Shown here: one piece after another, positions 1 to 16,766 of the stretch
Layout of the letters: every line of letters begins with the position of its first letter
How positions within the stretch are numbered: position 1 is the first letter of the stretch
Source: Haliotis cracherodii
Lineage: Eukaryota
NCBI RefSeq assembly: GCF_022045235.1
Contig: NW_027266319.1
Location: 16,864,001 to 16,928,000 of the forward strand
Direction: 5' to 3'
Length of the DNA: 64,000 bases
Made by a program: the position numbers and the translations under genes
Notes under the pieces: generated by a model
Seen by the model: only the letters and a program-made list of their open reading frames with translations
Told to the model about the DNA's origin: nothing
The model's database searches: none

Positions 1-268
1 GTGAGGTGAGGTGAGGTGAGGTGAGGTGAGGTGAGGTAAAATGTGTGTGTGTGTGTTTGTTTGTCTGCTTGCATTAGTCTTGACTAGTTTTATAGTGCCA
101 CCTCTGGAGATACCAAGCAGCAGCTATACTGACTCCGAGCCGACCAGTCCTTGTTCTATCCCCTTACTGCTGAGTGTCAGGCAGGTTTAAATGTCTTTTG
201 GTACGACATAGCTGGGGATCAAATCAAAAACCTTCCATTGTAAGGGCACACGCTCTATCCACTAGGCC
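1..268 (-). mobile_element. tRNA-derived SINE, family A (Meta-domain-like), degenerate, with (CTCAC)n tail
   Basis: (GTGAG)n at 1-37; body GACTCCGAGCCGACCAGTCC shared with 8651-8986; tRNA-like head at the right end. Confidence 0.7.
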
Positions 269-488
269 CACACGCTCTATCCACTAGGCCCACGCGCTCT
301 ATCCACTAGGCCCACACGCTCTATCCACTAGGCCCACACGCTCTATCCACTAGGCTCACACGCTCTATCCACTAGGCCCACACGCTCTATCCACTAGGCC
401 CACATGCTCTATCCACTAGGCTCACATGCTCTATCCACTAGGCCCACACGCTCTATCCACTAGGCCCACACGCTCTATCCACTAGGCC
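247..488. repeat. 22-bp minisatellite x11 made from the SINE head (Pol III A-box)
   Basis: Unit CACACGCTCTATCCACTAGGCC; reverse complement GGCCTAGTGGATAGAGCGTGTG. Confidence 0.9.
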
Positions 489-1490
489 ATGGTGGTAGTC
501 CAGCCTGTTAGTGCTGTTGTCTGCACAGATAGCCAAAATATACACAAACGTAACTCAGCGTGTCAAAATAACCCTTCTGAAGTCAGTATTGTTGAGGAAG
601 AAGGTAAACAGGTAAACAACACACGGGATATTGCACATGCGAGTTTACCTGACAGCCTAATTGAACCGGTTTCGTACATATATTTTCAAAATAGACAGTG
701 ACCAAAGGCCCTGAAACAGGAAAACTATGAATGAAACATCAGACCTAATAATATTCAAGCTTATTTACTTATATACATAGGCCCGATATTTCAGTGACAT
801 CACTATCCTGCTTCAGGAGCTCGTGACAGTGCCGTAAAATGCGCCCAATGTGCGTAGATACGGAGAGGAGTACCTGGTCGTTACCCAACACTCACGAAAA
901 TATGTGACATTCGTTACCATACAGTTACCTAAACTGTGGGTGCAATCTGCGAAGTAAACAACGAGAAATATTCCTTATAAGCATCATGGAGTCAGTGCTG
1001 TATTCCACGTTGTGACTCAGAAATGGACTTTATCATCGTTTTCAATGCACCCAGTGAGCCATTCCCACAAGAAAGTCAAACCAATGTGACTACGTTTAGT
1101 ATAGAGTTATCTCCCTTGGCGGCATTAGAAGCGAGCTTTCCTAAATTTAGACAACAATCACCAAACTTGTTGAAACATTCCTTGTGACTCACTTTAACAA
1201 TAATAACATGCCAAAAAATGATATATGTAGAAAATGCAACATGTTATAACAAAGGCTGGGTCGTTTTGAATACACGACAATATAGGTGCATGTTCAATGG
1301 TTATATATATGTGACCTCAACTATCTATATATCTGCACTTCTTGTTTTAGTTTTCATGACCTGTGAGATTGGAGTATAAACCTGTTGAAAATCTTGACCT
1401 GCTTCAATTAGACTCTAGTATTACAGTAAGAAGGGAAAATAACATGGCGCAGGGACTAGGTGACCGATCATTCCTTATCGGTGTAAAGAA

Positions 1491-1577
1491 TATGTATGTA
1501 TGTATATGTATGTATGTATGTACGTACGTACGTACGTACGTATGTACGTATGTATGTATGTATGTATGTGTGTATGT
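1491..1577. repeat. (TATG/TACG)n microsatellite
   Basis: Read directly from the sequence. Confidence 0.9.
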
Positions 1578-2133
1578 CATAGAAATAATAACAGACATTT
1601 TTACACCACTTTCTATTTACTACATACATGTATTTATCGATATGCTTAAAATTGTTTTTGACAACGATATAGTTTCCCCAGCTATACCCAACATACTATT
1701 TACTTACTGAGCAAAATCAAACATTGAATTCATTTTCACAATTAACACACACACTTTTGGGTATTTTTCCCGCAAGACCAATTTAATTTTTTTTTTCACC
1801 AATGCCAGCAAACTATTCATTTTGGTATTTTTATGAGCAAACCTTTCATTAAAACAATCATTTCCCCGACCCATGGATATCAGATGGCTGCTCCCAAAGG
1901 GTATTTACATATAGCATTTTTAGCAATATGTTTTTGAAATAACATAATCTAAAAAAACCCACAACTATTTGCGCACCTTGCCGAAACAAATGTATCAACC
2001 ACATGGCTCGATATAAGGACTCTATATACGTGACATTAAGCCGTATCACCCTCTATGTAAGACCATATTCTATAGTCTCCCTGGTGAGACTTTGGGGCTT
2101 AACAGTTTCCTCGAACCTGTTAATTGGCGTGGT

Positions 2134-2190
2134 GTCGACCTAGCAACCAGCTCCCGTAATAGCGTCCCTGGCGACGTGCAGTGGTATAAA
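2134..2190 (+). promoter_or_regulatory. copy 1 core promoter: X-box-like sites plus TATA
   Basis: GTCGACCTAGCAAC (2134-2147), GCGTCCCTGGCGAC (2162-2175), TATAAA 2185-2190, about 90 nt before the ATG. Confidence 0.65.
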
Positions 2191-2276
2191 TGGGAGCGGG
2201 CCAGCTCCAGGTGCGCCACAGACCAACTCGAGCAACTTGTAGACCGACTGAGCTCCTCTCCAACACACTATACATC

Positions 2277-5244
<2,968 letters not shown>

Positions 5245-5269
5245 TGCTACCCCAAACTGACACTCAAAT

Positions 5270-5296
5270 GTTTCCTTGATGGAACGACCGAATAAA
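5270..5296 (+). terminator. copy 1 3'UTR stem-loop and polyadenylation signal (representative; the same element follows all nine CDSs)
   Basis: GTTTC-CTTGAT-GGAAC-GACCG-AATAAA; equivalent stem-loops at 12987-13000, 17750-17765, 23344-23359, 29144-29160, 35788-35803, 41966-41981, 49798-49813, 56594-56609. Confidence 0.75.
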
Positions 5297-5542
5297 AAAA
5301 GCGTAGAAACAAATGTTTTCTTTTTGTTAATGTATAGTATTTAGTTTACTTGCTTTTCTAAGAGTTGGAAGGCAACATTAAGATTACATATTCTTCTTCC
5401 GGCCGCTTTGAAACAGATTGTAAATTGTAGTTTTCATCGCCAAACGCATTGAAGAAGCCAGTTACAACTGACGATGTGTTAGCACCCGGTGAATCCTCAA
5501 ACAGATGACAAGCAATATGGAGCAACTATTTATAACAGACAC

Positions 5543-5551
5543 ATACATACA

Positions 5552-5599
<48 letters not shown>

Positions 5600-5602
5600 C
5601 AC
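5543..5602. repeat. (GCAC)n microsatellite
   Basis: Read directly from the sequence. Confidence 0.9.
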
Positions 5603-6369
5603 ATACGGTGTCCCCCTTAGTGATTTGGATGTAATATTGATTAAAGCTTCCAAAGGCCCAGCCACCCGATGGCGTGTGTATTGGATGATGTATTTTCTGC
5701 ATATATATCATTCTGTCTACACTCATCCGTCATATGGTTATCTCCAGAATCATAAACATGTAATCGAATGCACAATATGTCATCTGCAGTCCATGCTTGT
5801 CATCACCGAACGAGGAACGGGGAGCTACTATGTGTCTTCGCACCAGACGGCGTAGGTTGGTGTTCTGCTCTTACCCTCTCATCTCCCTGTTCTCTTGTCC
5901 CTCTTACATGGATACAGGCAGCCTTTAAAATAAGTCCCATCCAGAAACTTCTCGAACGACCAAAGCACAACACAACAAGGACAGATAACTCTAATTCTAA
6001 CACCAACCATTCTTAAAAACTCCACTCGCTGCTGTTGACTGCTCTTTCAATGGTCACGTCAGCACTTGATATTTGTTAACTAGTCGTTTCAATCAATTTC
6101 TGCCACTGACAGTTACTGCAAACATATTAATAACAGTTTTACCGCCACTAAAATTACTTACACACAACAACTGAAACGTATAGAAACCATCAAATAGACC
6201 TGGAAGGTCGCGTCTCCACAAACGACCCGTGTCACCTCCGCTGTTGTGATTGAAACTTCATGCAAAGGTTTGAATGTTCCAAAACATCTCCTTTTCGTAC
6301 TAAAGCTATAATATTTATGTGGAATATATACAGAGACACTGTTTGAAATCACGCTCTTAATGTACCTTG

Positions 6370-6530
6370 GGTTGGTGGGGTAGCCAAGTGGTTAAAGCGT
6401 TCGCTCGTCACGCCGTAGTCCAGGGTTCGATTTCCTACATGGTTACAATCTGTGAAGCCATTTCCAGTGTCCCCCGCCGTGATATTGCTGGAATGTTGTT
6501 AAAGCGATTAAAAACAAGACTCACTCACTC
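6370..6530 (+). mobile_element. short tRNA-derived SINE, family D
   Basis: A-box TAGCCAAGTGG, B-box GGTTCGATT, tail GATATTGCTGGAAT...(CACT)n; homologous to 43711-43874. Confidence 0.7.
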
Positions 6531-6631
6531 ATGCACTACTTTACCTGGATTGAAATAAAAAAGTATATAATAAACACATTGTGTGGTACACATGCATCTT
6601 ATTCTTACCTTGACAAGACTTCACCACCACA

Positions 6632-6908
6632 GGGGGGCACGAGTGGCCCAGTCGTCTTAAGCGCCGCGAAGCACTGTGCAGAGTTGCGTCCCTTGGGCAC
6701 GTCAGAAACCTGTAATTGTGGGTTCGAATCCCGGTTTGCCTCGATTAAGTGTCTAGGTTTTTAAGCACCATTCCCGTGCTCGTGGGTTTCACCGAAGGGG
6801 TTAATGTCTAAGACCTGCATCACTTCGGGCTTTCCTCGCGCATTAAGCTGACACGCCGCGATATAACTGGAAAACTGTTAAAAGCGGCGTTAAACCCAAC
6901 TCACTCAC
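6632..6908 (+). mobile_element. tRNA-derived SINE, family B
   Basis: GGGGCACG...GGCCCAGTCGTCT head, GGTTCGAATCCC B-box, tail GATATAACTGGAA...GCGGCGTTAAACCCAACTCACTCAC; flanked by CACCACCACA-like duplication. Confidence 0.8.
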
Positions 6909-6941
6909 CACCACCACAGTAGAACTTGGCTTCCTGAATCA

Positions 6942-7730
6942 ACGGTGGCCCATAAGGGACATTGAGTCTGTTTTTTACGTTTGCCCATAAGGAACACGGG
7001 GTCTGTTTTTCAATATTTTGATATTTCGCTTACTGTTATTGTAACCTTTTGCAAATTAACACGATTTGTCATACAAATATGTGATATATCATGTATAAAG
7101 TAGCTATTGAGTCGCTGAAAAGTGAAGCGAAAATGTCAAAAAGTAAAATGAAAATGTCAAAAACAAAAACGAAAAGTAAAATGAAAATGTCAAAAACAAA
7201 AGCGAAAATGTCAAAAAAACAAAAGCGGAAATGTCAAAAACTAAAATGAAATTACAGAAAACTATTTCCACCGAGGTGAAAACTATTTACACCGCGGTGA
7301 AAACTATTTACACCGGTAAAAAGTATTTCCACTGCAGTGATAATATTTCCACCGCGGTGGAAATAGTTTTTCTGTATTTTCAATTTAGTTTTTGACATTT
7401 TCGTTTTTGTTTTTGACATTTTCATTTTAATTTTTGACCTTTTCGTTTTTGATTTTGACTTTTCCATTTTAGTTTTTGACATTTTCGCTTCACATTTCAG
7501 CGATTCTATAGCTACTTGAAAGTACATTTTACATGTTTTCGGTTGTTTTTATACATGATTTATCACATATTTGTATGACAAATCGTGTTAATTTGCAAAA
7601 GGTTACCATAAAAGTAAGTGAAATATCTACCATAAAATTATAGTGTTAATTTGCAAAAAAGGTTATGATAAAAGTAAGTGAAATATCAAAATATTGAAAA
7701 ACAGACTCCATGTCCCTTATGGGCCACCGT
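6942..7730. mobile_element. foldback/MITE-like non-autonomous DNA element with long inverted arms and 5-bp TSD
   Basis: Terminal IR ACGGTGGCCCATAAGGGACA / TGTCCCTTATGGGCCACCGT; ~300-bp inverted arms of AAAATGTCAAAAAC subrepeats; AATCA at 6937-6941 and 7731-7735. Confidence 0.8.
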
Positions 7731-7856
7731 AATCATCAGTATTCGCAGAATAAAGCTGTTCATTGAAATACAGAAGTATATGTCAATGGTTTCACACATA
7801 TGATAAACACAGCGGGGCAGAAAAAAGTATATACCTATGTTTGATGGTGGCTAAAA

Positions 7857-8128
7857 TGGTTGCTTGGTTGGTTTGTTGTTTAACGCCGCACTCAGCATTA
7901 TTCCTGCTATATGACGGCGGTCTGTAAATAATCGAGTCTGGACCAGACAATCCAGTGATTGACATCACGCGCATCGATCCACGCAATTGGGACCAATGAC
8001 ATGCATCAACCAAGTCAGCGAGCCTGACCACCCGATCCCGTTAGTCGCCTTTTACGACAAGCATAATCACTTTTTACGGCAAGCATGGGTTGCTGAAGAC
8101 CTATTCTACCCCGGATCTTCACGGGTCT
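7857..8128 (-). mobile_element. short retroposon, family C (CTTGTCGTAAGAGGCGACTAA motif; 3' tail shared with families B and D)
   Basis: Near-identical copies at 8425-8648, 10479-10726, 27120-27362, 45427-45710, 46522-46792, 52281-52545, 60330-60500. Confidence 0.8.
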
Positions 8129-8424
8129 TATTCAAAGGTGATACATTTGATACGGGTATCATAGTTTCGGAGACTATTTTCAGCATCGTAACGTTGTGGT
8201 AACATTCGTAATTTTGGGGTCAAATCCAATTTTCAAATGTACACTTTGCTTTATCCGATAGTTTACATATATTCTTTATTTGCTTTATTGCCTCCAATGG
8301 TTAAAACTTACATGTTATGGACTATCGTATCGTAATACACAGGATGAATAGGCACTACATAAAAAGCTTTTTCGTCACATGTACCACCATATTACATCTT
8401 ATATCGGACAGCCTCAGTGTTTTA

Positions 8425-8648
8425 GTGAGTTGAATTGGTTTGTTGTTTAACGCCGCACTCAGCAATATTCCAGCTATGTGACGGCGGTCTGTAAATAATC
8501 GAGTCTGGACCATGAATCCAGTGATTGATTTCATGAGCATCAATCCACGCAATTGGGTTCGATGACATGTATCAACAAGGTCAGCAACCCTGACCGTCCT
8601 ATCCCGTTAGTCGCCTCTTACGACAAGCATAGTCGCCTTTTACGGCAA
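8425..8648 (-). mobile_element. family C retroposon, truncated by a family A SINE
   Basis: Homology to 7857-8128. Confidence 0.75.
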
Positions 8649-8650
8649 AT

Positions 8651-8704
8651 GAGGTGAGGTGAAATGGGGTGTAACGTCGCGTCCAAGATTATTGCACACA
8701 TTAT

Positions 8705-8737
<33 letters not shown>

Positions 8738-8986
8738 CTGCTTGTACTAGTCAGGACTGATGCCGATTTATAGTGCTAGCACAGTTTAACATGAATACCC
8801 CACTCAGACACAGTATACTGACTCCGAGCCGACCAGTCCATGTTTTAGCCCCTTAATGACGAGCGCCAGACAGGGTAACAAGAAGTACGATCTTTTACCG
8901 TCATTTGGTATGACGCGGCTGGGGATCGAACTCCGGACCTTCCGCTCTCCGGGCGGACGCTCTACCATTAGACCACGGAGGCGGTC
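8651..8986 (-). mobile_element. SINE family A (Meta-domain-like)
   Basis: Head GACCGCCTCCGTGGTCTAATGGTAGAGCG, B-box GTTCGATCCC, body GTCATACCAAA...GGCGCTCG, internal (CA)n, (CTCAC)n tail. Confidence 0.8.
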
Positions 8987-8999
8987 CTTACGACAAGTA

Positions 9000-9335
9000 G
9001 TAGTGGGTTGGGACTCTGCCCGGGAAGCTGAAGGTCGGGGGTTCGATCCCCGGCCGCGTCATACTAAAGAACGTTAAAAGATGGTACTAGTTGTTACACT
9101 GCCTGGAGCTCGGCATTAAGGGGATAATAAAGGACTGGTCGGTTCGGAGACGGTATACTGTGTCTGATGGAAGTATCCATGTTAAACTAGCATGATGCAT
9201 GGTATATCTATATATGAGGCTAGGTCTACATATAAAACCGGCATTACAAGCAAATACAAGCACGCACGCAGGCGCTCGCTCGCTATATAAGGGTAATACA
9301 CTTGAACATGACGCTAAAACCCAATAAACCTCATA
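9000..9335 (+). mobile_element. SINE family A, degenerate, head-to-head with the previous copy
   Basis: GGTTCGATCCCCGGCCGCGTCATAC...GATGGTAC. Confidence 0.7.
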
Positions 9336-9343
9336 TATCGAGG

Positions 9344-9703
9344 GACTGCCTCCGTGATCTAATGGTAGGACGTCCGCCCGGATAGCGGAAGGTCCGGGGT
9401 TCGATCCCCGACCGCGTCATACCAAAAGACGTTAAAATATGGTACTTGTTGTTACCCTCTCTGGCGCTCGGCATTTACGGGCTAAAACAAAGAGTGGTCG
9501 GCTCGGAGACAGTACACTGTGTCTGAGTGGGGTATCCATGTAAAACTGCGGCATGGTATCTCAGTGAGCTAGCACTATAAATCGGCATCAGTCCGGACTA
9601 GTACAAGCAGCCACACACAGTTATACACGTGCATCTATGTCCCTATATAAGTGCAATCGCGTAATCTTGGACGCAACGTTAAACCCCATTTCCCCTCACC
9701 TCA
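9344..9703 (+). mobile_element. SINE family A, full length
   Basis: Complete head, body and tail; CCTCATATATCG at both 9329-9340 and 9699-9710. Confidence 0.8.
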
Positions 9704-10268
9704 TATATCGTAGAAAGATACTCTCGCTACCACCTGCCAAACAAATACGTCAAATCAAAAGGGTAAATGTTGAATTGAAAAGCACGTTTCTGTAACATAA
9801 ATAAATATAGCTTGAGATGAAAATATGCTGTATAACACGGTGTCATACCATAGCACGATGGCGTTATCCGCTTCCATACGAAATGGTTGGTGCCCTAAGT
9901 GCCTGGGATTGTATAAAAAAAAACTGTCCTCGAAAATTCTTGAAAAAACTAATTATGCTTCATAAAGCTTGGCGTCTGAGTGAAATTACGTCTCAAACAT
10001 CCATTATTTTAAGAGTGATATTATATATGATAAAGAGATTATATTCCTCGTGTGTTTCCGTATCATATACATCATATATAAGGAATAGAAATTGTATTAT
10101 GTGAACATTTGAAATTATTAGCTGAGTGTTTTTCCGTTCCGCAAATATCGGACTAATAGACCCCAGTGCACCCATTCTTCATTACTTGGTCAGTACAGGT
10201 ATCCCTTCGGGCAGAATGAAATTGATGGCTGAAATAAATCCAAATCAGAAACTGTTCGGACGACGGCT

Positions 10269-10336
10269 AATGAGCTTAGCAACGGTTACTACGGATTAGC
10301 GTCCTTGACAACCGGCTGACCACAACGTGTATATAA
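10269..10336 (+). promoter_or_regulatory. copy 2 core promoter: triple X-box-like module plus TATA
   Basis: CTTAGCAAC-G-GTTACTACGG...GCGTCCTTGACAAC then TATATAA 10330-10336; conserved in copies 2-9. Confidence 0.7.
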
Positions 10337-10423
10337 GTGTCTAGGTACCTGCTCTCCACATCAGACTTTCTCACTCCAGATAACTTGCAGTCCACGTGAG
10401 GTCCACATCTACCTACAACAATC

Positions 10424-12961
<2,538 letters not shown>

Positions 12962-14141
12962 TGCTACCCCAAACTGACACTCAAATGTTCTCTTTGGAAC
13001 GACCGAATAAAAAAGTGTAGAAACAAATGTTTTCTTTTTGTCAGTGTATAGTATTTAGTTTATATGCTTTTATAAGAGTCAAGACTGAGTGAGTGAGTGA
13101 GTTGTGTTAACGCCGCAATCACGGGGTGTCATCGGGAGGAATGCCCGAAGTGATGCAGGTCTTAGACGTTCACGTATTGGAAGACAACATGAAACACTGA
13201 ATATTGCATTTTCATCTTCATGAAATATGAAATAGATTATGTTTTCATCGCTATGCGCATTGAAGCCATCATTTATAACTGACGGAATACATATCATGTG
13301 CATATGTTAAGAGAACACTCAGTGGAATCCTCCAAAGGATGACAAGCAATTTCTGTCCCTTAATAAAAACGACTTTCTGGTGCAACTATAGTTCTCGTTA
13401 ATCCGATTTCACTGAGAACGGATACGTCTGGATTAACGGGTTTCCATTGTATCATATTGTTTCTTCTGAAGCAATCAATGTTATTTCAACACAAATTCCT
13501 ATTTCCCATTTCGACCTCCCGCCAACTGACAAAGTGGAAGGCATATTTGAAAGAATAAAAACGATATTTTTGTTCTAAGAAAACGACAATGTAGTGTGTC
13601 CTCTTAGCAAATGATGATTTCCCGCCCAGTCATAGGTCACTCCTGACCAGTCCTTGATCCCCGTTCTCCTCATCCTGATACGGATAAGTCCGGATATTTG
13701 GGAGTGGTGTTCATTCATGGTAATAAATATCAGAAAAAAACAAGAAAAAACAAGAAAAGACAGAAAAGTACAGGTATTTATTTTACAAGGCGTGCAGCCA
13801 CACACCCATATAACATAATGAAAAGAAAGCAACATATAAATCACAAACAAGGCTGATGGGTAAATTTATACATTTTGTCAAAATCAAAACCTTTATTTGA
13901 ATAACTATATGATGACCATACTAAGTAAAATAATATGTTGTGTGATATTATGGCGCAGGATTTGCAGCCGACAAAAACCGACTGGGAGAGTGGGATGTGA
14001 CGTGTCAGCCAGGGATTTGTTACGTGTTCCGTAGTAGGGTTTAAGTAAAGACTAAAGTATTTGACACCCATGTCGATGCGAATTGAATATTTCAGTTTAG
14101 ACTTTTGCTACACTTCATGTTGAATTATTAGAGGGTCAAAT

Positions 14142-16220
14142 TGTGTCTTTGAACACAATATTAGAGAGGTGACACTGGTGTCTTTGGAACACAATACAAG
14201 AGAGTCGACATTGGTATCTCTCGAACACAATACTAGAGAGGTAACGCCGCTGTCTTTGGAACACAATACTAGAGACGTGACACTGGTGTCTCTCGAACAC
14301 AATACTAGAGAGGTGACACTGGTGTCTTTGAAACACAATATTAGAGAGGTGACACTGGTGTCTTTGGAACACAATACAAGAGAGTCGACATTGGTGTCTC
14401 TCGAACACAATACTAGAGAGGTAACGCCGCTGTCTTTGGAACACAATACTAGAGAGGTGACACTGGTGTCTCTCGAACACAATACTAGAGAAGTGACACT
14501 GGTGTCTTTGAAACGCAGTATTAGAGAGGTGACACTGGTGTCTTTGGAACACAATACAAGAGAGTCGACATTGGTATCTCTCGAACACAATACTAGAGAG
14601 GTAACGCCGCTGTCTTTGGAACACAGTACTAGAGAGGTGACACTGGTGTCTTTCGAACACAATATTAGAGAGGTGACACTGGTGTCTTTCGAACACATTA
14701 CTAGAGAGGTGACACTGGTGTCTTTGAAACACAATATTAGAGAGGTGACACTGGTGTCTTTGAAACACAATACTAGAGAGGTGACACTGGTGTCTCTCGA
14801 ACACAATATAAGAGAGGTGACACTGGTGTCTTTGAAACACAATATTAGAGAGGTGACACTGGTGTCTTTCGAACACAATACTAGAGAGGTGACACTGGTG
14901 TCTCTCGAACACAATATAAGAGAGGTGACACTGGTGTCTTTGAAACACAATACTAGAGAGGTGACACTGGTGTCTTTCGAACACAATACAAGAGAGATGA
15001 CACTGGTGTCTCTCGAACACAATACAAGAGAGGTGACACTGGTTTCTTTGTACACAATATTAGAGAGGTGACACTGGTGTCTTTGAAACACAATATTAGA
15101 GAGGTGACACTGGTGTCTTTCGAACACAATACTAGAGAGGCGACACTGGTGTCTTTCGAACACAATACAAGAGAGGTGACACTGGTGTCTCTCGAACACA
15201 ATACAAGAGAGGTGACACTGGTTTCTTTGTACACAATATAAGAGAGGTGACACTGGTGTCTTTGAAACACAATATTAGAGAGGTGACACTGGTGTCTTTC
15301 GAACACAAAATTAGAGAGGTGACACTGGTGTCTTTGAAACACAATACTAGAGAGGTGACACTGGTGTCTTTCGAACACAATACTAGAGAGGTGACACTGG
15401 TGTCTTTGAAACACAATACTGGAGAGGTGACACTGGTGTCTTCGAAACACAATACTAGAGAGGTGACACTGGTGTCTTTGAAACACAATACTAGAGAGGT
15501 GACACTGGTGTCTTTGAAACACACTATTAGAGAGGTGAAACTGGTGTCTTTGAAACACAATACAAGAGCAGCGACACTGGTGTCTTTCGAATACAATATT
15601 AGAGAGGTGACACTGGTGTCTTTGAAACACAATACTAGAGAGGTGACACTGGTGTCTTTGGAACACAATATTAGAGAGGTGACACTGGTGTCTTTGAAAC
15701 ACAATACTAGAGAGGTGACACTGGTGTCTTTGAAACACATTTTAGAGAGGTGACACTGGTGTCTTTGAAACACAATACTAGAGAGGTGACACTGGTGTCT
15801 TTCGAACACAATATTAGAGAGGTGACACTGGTGTCTTTCGAACACATTACTAGAGAGGTGACACTGGTGTCTTTGAAACACAATATTAGAGAGGTGACAC
15901 TGGTGTCTTTGAAACACAATACTAGAGAGGTGACACTGGTGTCTTTGAAACACAATATTAGAGAGGTGACACTGGTGTCTTTGAAACACAATACTAGAGA
16001 GGTGACACTTTTGTCTTTTGAACACAATACTAGAGAGGTGACACTGGTGTCTTTGGAACACAATACAAGAGCGGCGACAGTGGTGTCTTTGGAACACAAT
16101 ACTAGAGCGGCGACACTGGCGTTTTTGGAACACACCTAAAAAGTCAATACTGGAGGTTATACTGGTGTCTTTGGAACACTACACTGGAGTGACAGAAGTG
16201 ATATTCGTGTCTTTGGAGCA
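14142..16220. repeat. 36-bp tandem satellite (~55 units) between the convergent tubulin blocks
   Basis: Unit AAACACAATACTAGAGAGGTGACACTGGTGTCTTTG; 180-bp (5-mer) higher-order period at 14161/14341/14521; decays after ~16135. Confidence 0.95.
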
Positions 16221-16487
16221 TAATACCAGAGGTCGACATTATATTCTTCTACAAAAAAACCCAAAACAAAACAAAAAATGACCCTGGTTTTTTTGGAACA
16301 CAATAAAATCGTCTTTGTAAAGCAATCTCTCATTAGGGGTTTTATTCACCACTACGAATATAACATCTAATGTCATGTATCATATTGTCTTTGCTATATG
16401 AATATATTCAGGATTGAATAATATTTTACGACTGCACATCATTAGTATTATTGTTATCATTATATTGTTGCATCATTATTAATGTAA

Positions 16488-16766
16488 GAGTGAGTGAGTT
16501 TGGTTTAACGCCGCTTTTAACAGTATTCCAGCTATATCACGGCGTGTCAGCTTATTGTGGGAGGAAAGGCCCAAGTGATGCAGGTCTCAGACGTTTACCC
16601 CTTCGGTGAAACCCACGAGCACGCGTATAGTGCTGACAAACCTAGAAACATAATCGGAGTGAACCGGGATTCGAACCCATAATCATAGGTTTCTGGCGTG
16701 CCCAAGGGACGCAACTCTGCACAGCGAATCGCGGCGCCTTAGACAACTGGGCCACCCGTGCCCCCT
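16488..16766 (-). mobile_element. SINE family B
   Basis: Homology to 6632-6908. Confidence 0.8.

Noticed and set aside
7252-7527. Lys-rich 91-aa ORF
   Set aside because: Translation of the foldback element's subrepeats.
9344-9420. tRNA-like sequences with A and B boxes (also 6370, 6632, 11157, 43800)
   Set aside because: They continue into shared SINE bodies and tails, some with TSDs, and lack a complete cloverleaf; SINE heads, not tRNA genes.
14108-16139. Repetitive 130-380 aa ORFs on both strands (SKDTSVTSLVLC, FQRHQCHLSSIV, HNTREVTLVSLK)
   Set aside because: Translations of a 36-bp satellite that lacks stops; open in several frames and broken by 35-bp units.
14142-16220. CRISPR-like appearance of the 36-bp palindromic repeat
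   Set aside because: Units are directly adjacent with no unique spacers, there are no cas genes, and the context is eukaryotic.
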